The notes beneath the pieces were generated by a model, which had not been told where the DNA came from, made no database searches, and saw only the letters and a program-made list of their open reading frames with translations. Below are positions 52,909 to 64,000 of a DNA stretch of 64,000 nt, piece by piece (the first letter of the stretch is position 1; each line of letters starts with the position of its first letter). The DNA is taken from the NCBI GenBank assembly GCA_965153355.1, contig OZ231126.1, forward strand, positions 38,626,001-38,690,000, read 5' to 3'. Source of the DNA: Flaccisagitta enflata. Lineage: Eukaryota. The translations under genes and the position numbers were made by a program.

Positions 52909-52980
52909 AACGATGCGTCCACATGCGGCTTAGCTCGTAAATGACATTTGTACTAAAACTGATAAACTCATACAGACAAA

Positions 52981-53059
<79 letters not shown>

Positions 53060-54023
53060 AACATTGCATCAGCCCAATGTCAGAAACTAAAATGATGAAA
53101 TCGATTTTGAGACGTTTGCGATCGTTTTCAACTCGAGCGTGACGGATCCACCGACCAACCAATGGACGGACAAAGCCTCCTATAGAGATGCGTGGACGCA
53201 TCTAAAAAGAAGAAAAAAAGAAGAAAAAGAAAAACACAAAAACAAAAAATTGACTATGAAGAACAAGAAACCAAAACAGACGCAAAATCATTACATAAAA
53301 CAACAAAAACAACATCACGACAACAACAACAATAACAACAACAACAAAAAACATCAACATCAACATAAGGAAGCACACCCGTGACAAGCGTAATGATAAA
53401 CTTTCTCGTGTGCATTCGTCACACATTATTTACAAAATAATTTAAATGTTAGGGAGCAATAACCGAAACAGTAACGATTAAATATTTACAAAAAATATGT
53501 CATTGTACAAAGAGACGGAGAGGCTAAGTTTTTAGTCGCGTGCTACGCGACTCTACACCCCGCTTTGTCGGTCCGTCCGTCCGTCCGTTTATCAAACTTT
53601 ACTTTTTTTGTTGTTTTTTTTTTGCGGTTTTTGGCCCAAATGATCTGCTGACCTCAACTACGGCCCCTGCCCACCCGCACGCGACTGGGGTAGCCGTGTA
53701 TCCAGCCTTGTTTCTCGTACTGGTGATCAAAGCAAGATAAAAAGTTTATCATGAATTATTCCAAGATTGCGCGCGCAACCTCGATGTTACATGTTACGCA
53801 GTTACACAGGACAAAACAAGGCCGGATACACGGCTACCCCAGTACAGTGCGGGTGGGCAGGGGCGGTGATAGTGAAGGTCCCTTGAGCATCATGGCAGCA
53901 GCAGTGAAATAAAAAAGCACAACAACGCCAAAATAGTAATAATGTTACCGAGGGACCGATCGACCGACTGACATAGCGGGGTGTTAAGTCACAAAAAACG
54001 CAAAAAAAAGAAAAAAATTGATA

Positions 54024-54372
54024 CCGTATTTCTTGTAATTAGCGCCCCGGGCGCTTTCCAAATTAGAATAAGACATTGCCATTTCTAACCTGTAATTAGC
54101 GCCCCCTTAGTAACCTATATGTACATGATTTTGCATAAAATTTACTTTTTTTGATAAATCTATTATATTTCAGTGCAGTAAAATACTGAAAAATTGAGTT
54201 CTGATGTATTACAAGCTTTATTCATGTGGATTTTGCAAAAAAAAAAACTTAGTTTAAAAAAATTTAAAAGGATTTTTCACATAACAAAATAATTTGTCAT
54301 TAACTCATTCTCTCATCGAAAGGGGGGGGGGGGCGCTAATTAGAGGGGGGGCGATAAATGCAAGAAATACGG
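54024..54372. mobile_element. Tc2/pogo-like MITE, same family as 20299-20643
   Basis: Same TIRs and TA TSD. Further degenerate pieces at about 360-444 and 11145-11476. Confidence 0.88.
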
Positions 54373-54458
54373 TATGTATTTTTCAAAATTTTAAAACCCC
54401 CTTTTACAAAGCCAAATTGCTAAGTCGGAGAAAGAGAAACAAAAGAGCATCGACCAAC

Positions 54459-60928
<6,470 letters not shown>

Positions 60929-62681
60929 CATGATTTTCTCTTTTTAAAAGTCGCGTACACGTGATTTGATGCTGGTCCATCGGCTGCTTAGTCCGTTTTT
61001 TTGTCCTTTGCTTGGGAACATACTTTATTTTCATTGAACGGCGCTTGAGGGCGGTTTTAGCATGATTGCTCCTACCCGTACCTAATCGCTGCTGAGGCCA
61101 CCTGTAAGCAACTGGGATACTTGTGGTACTGTGATAGCCATGTTTCCAGCCTTGTTGATTTGTGATCGCGAAGAAGAAATTATGCCTAGTGCTGATTTTT
61201 AGTTGCGGACACGCAACTCTATAAGAGGCTTTGTCCGTCCGTCCGTCGTTCCGTAAGCACGAGTCGAAAAGTGGGAAAACGCGCATTTCCGCCCCTGCCC
61301 ACCCGTCCGCAACTGGTGGCCGTGTATCCGGCCTTGTTTATTTCCTCAGGCCGTATCCTTGTCAACCAGCAGCCCAAAATTTTGCAAAAGACGAACCAAG
61401 TGATCGAGGGGTCACAAGATCGTTCCGGACGGGTGGGCAGGGGCGTCCAACCCCTATTCACACCCCAGGCCCCCTCACCTCAAAAAAAAGCATCTAAAAC
61501 ACTTTTTTTTTCCAATTTTTGACTTGTGTTCACGGACGGACCAACGGACCCACGGACAAAGCCTCTTAAAGAGTTGCGTGTCCGCAACTAAAAATGGGCT
61601 CAAATGATCGTTGTGAATGTGTGGAAATACTTCTGTGAAATTCTGATGTCACGCGCACAACTGTAGGTGCGCGATAACAATTACAAAACCAGTTCTGTCT
61701 CTTTACAACATTGAACTTCTTTCAGACAGAAAAAAAAATTGTACAACTAAGCTAGCTTTCTTGCACCTATTGCATCACCAGGTTTGTATTGACACGACTG
61801 GGACGAGGTCTCATGGTAAATATTGTCTGCAAAAAAAAAAAAAAAAAAATGAAGCTCGCATTTATTTCCCTTCTATCTTTTTTATTTACAAAACAAGGCC
61901 GGATACACGTCCCAGTCGCGTGCGGTTGGGCTGGGGCTGTGTTTGGGCAGGAGCAGTAAGGCCAAAGACCGCAAAAACCCAAAAAAAGTAAAGTGTGACG
62001 GACCAACAGACCAACAGATGGACGGACTGAGGGACAAACGGACGGACCGACAAAGCGGGGTGTAGAGTCGCGTAGCACGCGACTAAAAAGGAGCATCACG
62101 AGAAAGAATCATTGAGTGTTAAATAATCCTCAACGATGCAGAAAAGCAAGTCCAAAAAGAAACATCACGATTGAATCATTAGGTGCATTTGTTTAATGTA
62201 TAGTTCAGAACACCATTTCTTTTAAAAATATCTGAGCAAGGCAAACATTTTAGCTCTAACGTCTATCATGGAATAAAATCATGGCACGCATTATGTTCTT
62301 GTTAATTTTTTAGAATGCTAAAATACTGCTGTTTAAATACAACTAACAAAATATATGAAAAATACGTAAATTTCCACTGGTACTAAAACGCAGCTTTTAC
62401 AGCCTTGTAAAAGAATCATAGGATACTCAACTAGATATAGTAGATATACCTTTGCCAGTAATAGTTCAAGGTATCATGCTATTGGTTAAGTTCTCTTTGT
62501 CAGTTACAAATGACATGATGTAAACCATTTCTATTCGAATTCTACAAAACATAAAGAAAAGGAGGAAAACTTTAAAAAAAGGAGGAAAAATTTTCAAGGT
62601 GAAGGGATTGGATAACTTTTAATGTGCGGTTGTTGATTCGAGTTAAGTCTCAAATTGTTCATGCCTGAGGTTGATTCTGCC

Positions 62682-64000
62682 TCAGTTGCCAAAACTGAAG
62701 TTGACATTTTGTTCCTTGTTAACTTCAATCACCAAGTTAAGTGATGGAATTTCTATGTCTCCTGAATCAGAACAAATAGAGTTAGAAGGAAGTTTCAAAC
62801 TCTGACTTTCTTCAAGCACAATGATGGTATCACAAGATTTCTGTTTGGTTTCATGATCAACCTTAGGAAGTACTGTTTCTTCTTGGATTTGTTCATCATG
62901 TGCTCCACTTCCAGGCGTCAAGTCAACCTCCTGATCATGACCCCCAACATCATCTGAGTCTATTTCTTCACCTTTTGAGGCGTTCAACTCCGTCATTTTA
63001 CTTTCTTCGGTAAATCTATTAGTAACACCAAGAACATCCTTCATCCAAGTTCTAAATGACTTGCTCTTAGAATTTTGCTCCCCATTTGTTTGAAAATTTG
63101 GGTTGAGGATCTGGGGTTCTGAGGCAGCAGTGGGAGAAATTTTATCAGGGTGATTTAAAAGATTATCAACCTTTGGACCTTCCTGAGAAACAATTTTAGT
63201 ATTTGACTCCTCTTTCTCCTCAAATTTTTCAAATGTTGAGTTGGTCTCCAAAATCATTTCATTTTCTCCTTCAGGGTGAAAGGAGGAACTGAAAGCCTTG
63301 TTGTTTACAATATGGGAAGCCTGTTTGGTCAAGGAAATTTTTGGTAGTTGACCATGCTTGTTATCATATCTAATGCTTGGACCATCTGCTTCACTTTCAT
63401 AAGTGTGGCTTTCTTCAATGAATTCCTTTTCAAGTTGCAATGGAGCTGTTGCACTTAGGTAATCAAAATCGCTTTTGCTGTCTGCAATCAAATTTTCTTC
63501 CTCCGTTTGTGGAACAGGGAGAGATACTTCCCCATTGACAGAATTTAAAATGTCTGCAGTCTTATTCTCATGACAAGGATTTTGATCATGGCTTTTATGT
63601 TCTTCACTAGAATTATCATCATTGAAACCAGCCATTGTCAATTCTGCTTCCTCTATATCAAGTTGTTCTTTACTTTGTAAACTGTTATTTACACCAAGAA
63701 ACTCCATCAGCTGCAGCTTAAATGGTTTGCTCTCATCATCTCTCTCCTCATCCATTTGCAAGTATGAATTTTGCTCCCCATTTGTTTGAAAATTTGGGTT
63801 GAGGGTCTGGGAATCTGATGCATCAGGGCAAGTCATTCTATCAGGATCATTCATAAGATTATCAGCCCTGGGACCTTCCTGAGCAACAAACTTAACAGTT
63901 AACTCCTCTTTCTCATCTAGTTTTTCATCATGTTTCTCATCTGCAACAAATGTTGAGTTACTCTTTAAATTCATTTCATATTCTCCTGCAGGGTGAAAAG
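62682..64000 (-). CDS. 3' part of a large exon encoding an acidic, probably disordered protein with a long internal repeat; function unknown, 5' end outside window
   Basis: More than 430 codons open in AT-rich DNA, rich in E/S/D/N. A ~70-aa block (HPxGExEM...NPNFQTNGEQNS) occurs twice, 717 nt apart. The true C-terminus is uncertain because another frame stays open past the stop to about 62594. Confidence 0.65.
   Translation of the reverse strand, partial: FHPAGEYEMNLKSNSTFVADEKHDEKLDEKEELTVKFVAQEGPRADNLMNDPDRMTCPDASDSQTLNPNFQTNGEQNSYLQMDEERDDESKPFKLQLMEFLGVNNSLQSKEQLDIEEAELTMAGFNDDNSSEEHKSHDQNPCHENKTADILNSVNGEVSLPVPQTEEENLIADSKSDFDYLSATAPLQLEKEFIEESHTYESEADGPSIRYDNKHGQLPKISLTKQASHIVNNKAFSSSFHPEGENEMILETNSTFEKFEEKEESNTKIVSQEGPKVDNLLNHPDKISPTAASEPQILNPNFQTNGEQNSKSKSFRTWMKDVLGVTNRFTEESKMTELNASKGEEIDSDDVGGHDQEVDLTPGSGAHDEQIQEETVLPKVDHETKQKSCDTIIVLEESQSLKLPSNSICSDSGDIEIPSLNLVIEVNKEQNVNFSFGN

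Noticed and set aside
54294-54458. N-terminal extension of the sorting nexin ORF
   Set aside because: Starts at TTG inside a MITE. The first ATG (54459) directly precedes the SH3 domain, as expected for this family.

Overview
Eukaryotic, intron-containing, microsatellite- and transposon-rich DNA from an invertebrate animal. The Nedx homeobox family is absent from vertebrates; the species cannot be named from this sequence. Five spliced genes can be reconstructed by hand with consistent splice phases: (1) a SOWAH/sosondowah-like ankyrin gene (-); (2) an XK-related membrane protein (+); (3) a ~1040-aa Nedx/lms homeobox gene (+); (4) an opposite-strand VMO1 beta-prism gene nested in the 14.9-kb Nedx intron, which appears to be a type II membrane protein; (5) an SNX9/18/33-family sorting nexin with two SH3 domains and a GC-AG intron (+). 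The end of a large acidic repeat ORF (-) runs off the window. Non-coding DNA is dominated by non-autonomous elements: about 30 copies or fragments of Helentron-associated (HINE/DINE-1-like) elements whose terminal motifs co-vary between subfamilies, plus TA-TSD Tc1/mariner/pogo MITEs, hAT MITEs with 8-bp TSDs, a Transib-like element, a LINE RT fragment and a 71-bp minisatellite. Many elements are nested. There is no CRISPR array or prokaryotic system. All gene models are manual and unconfirmed by transcripts.
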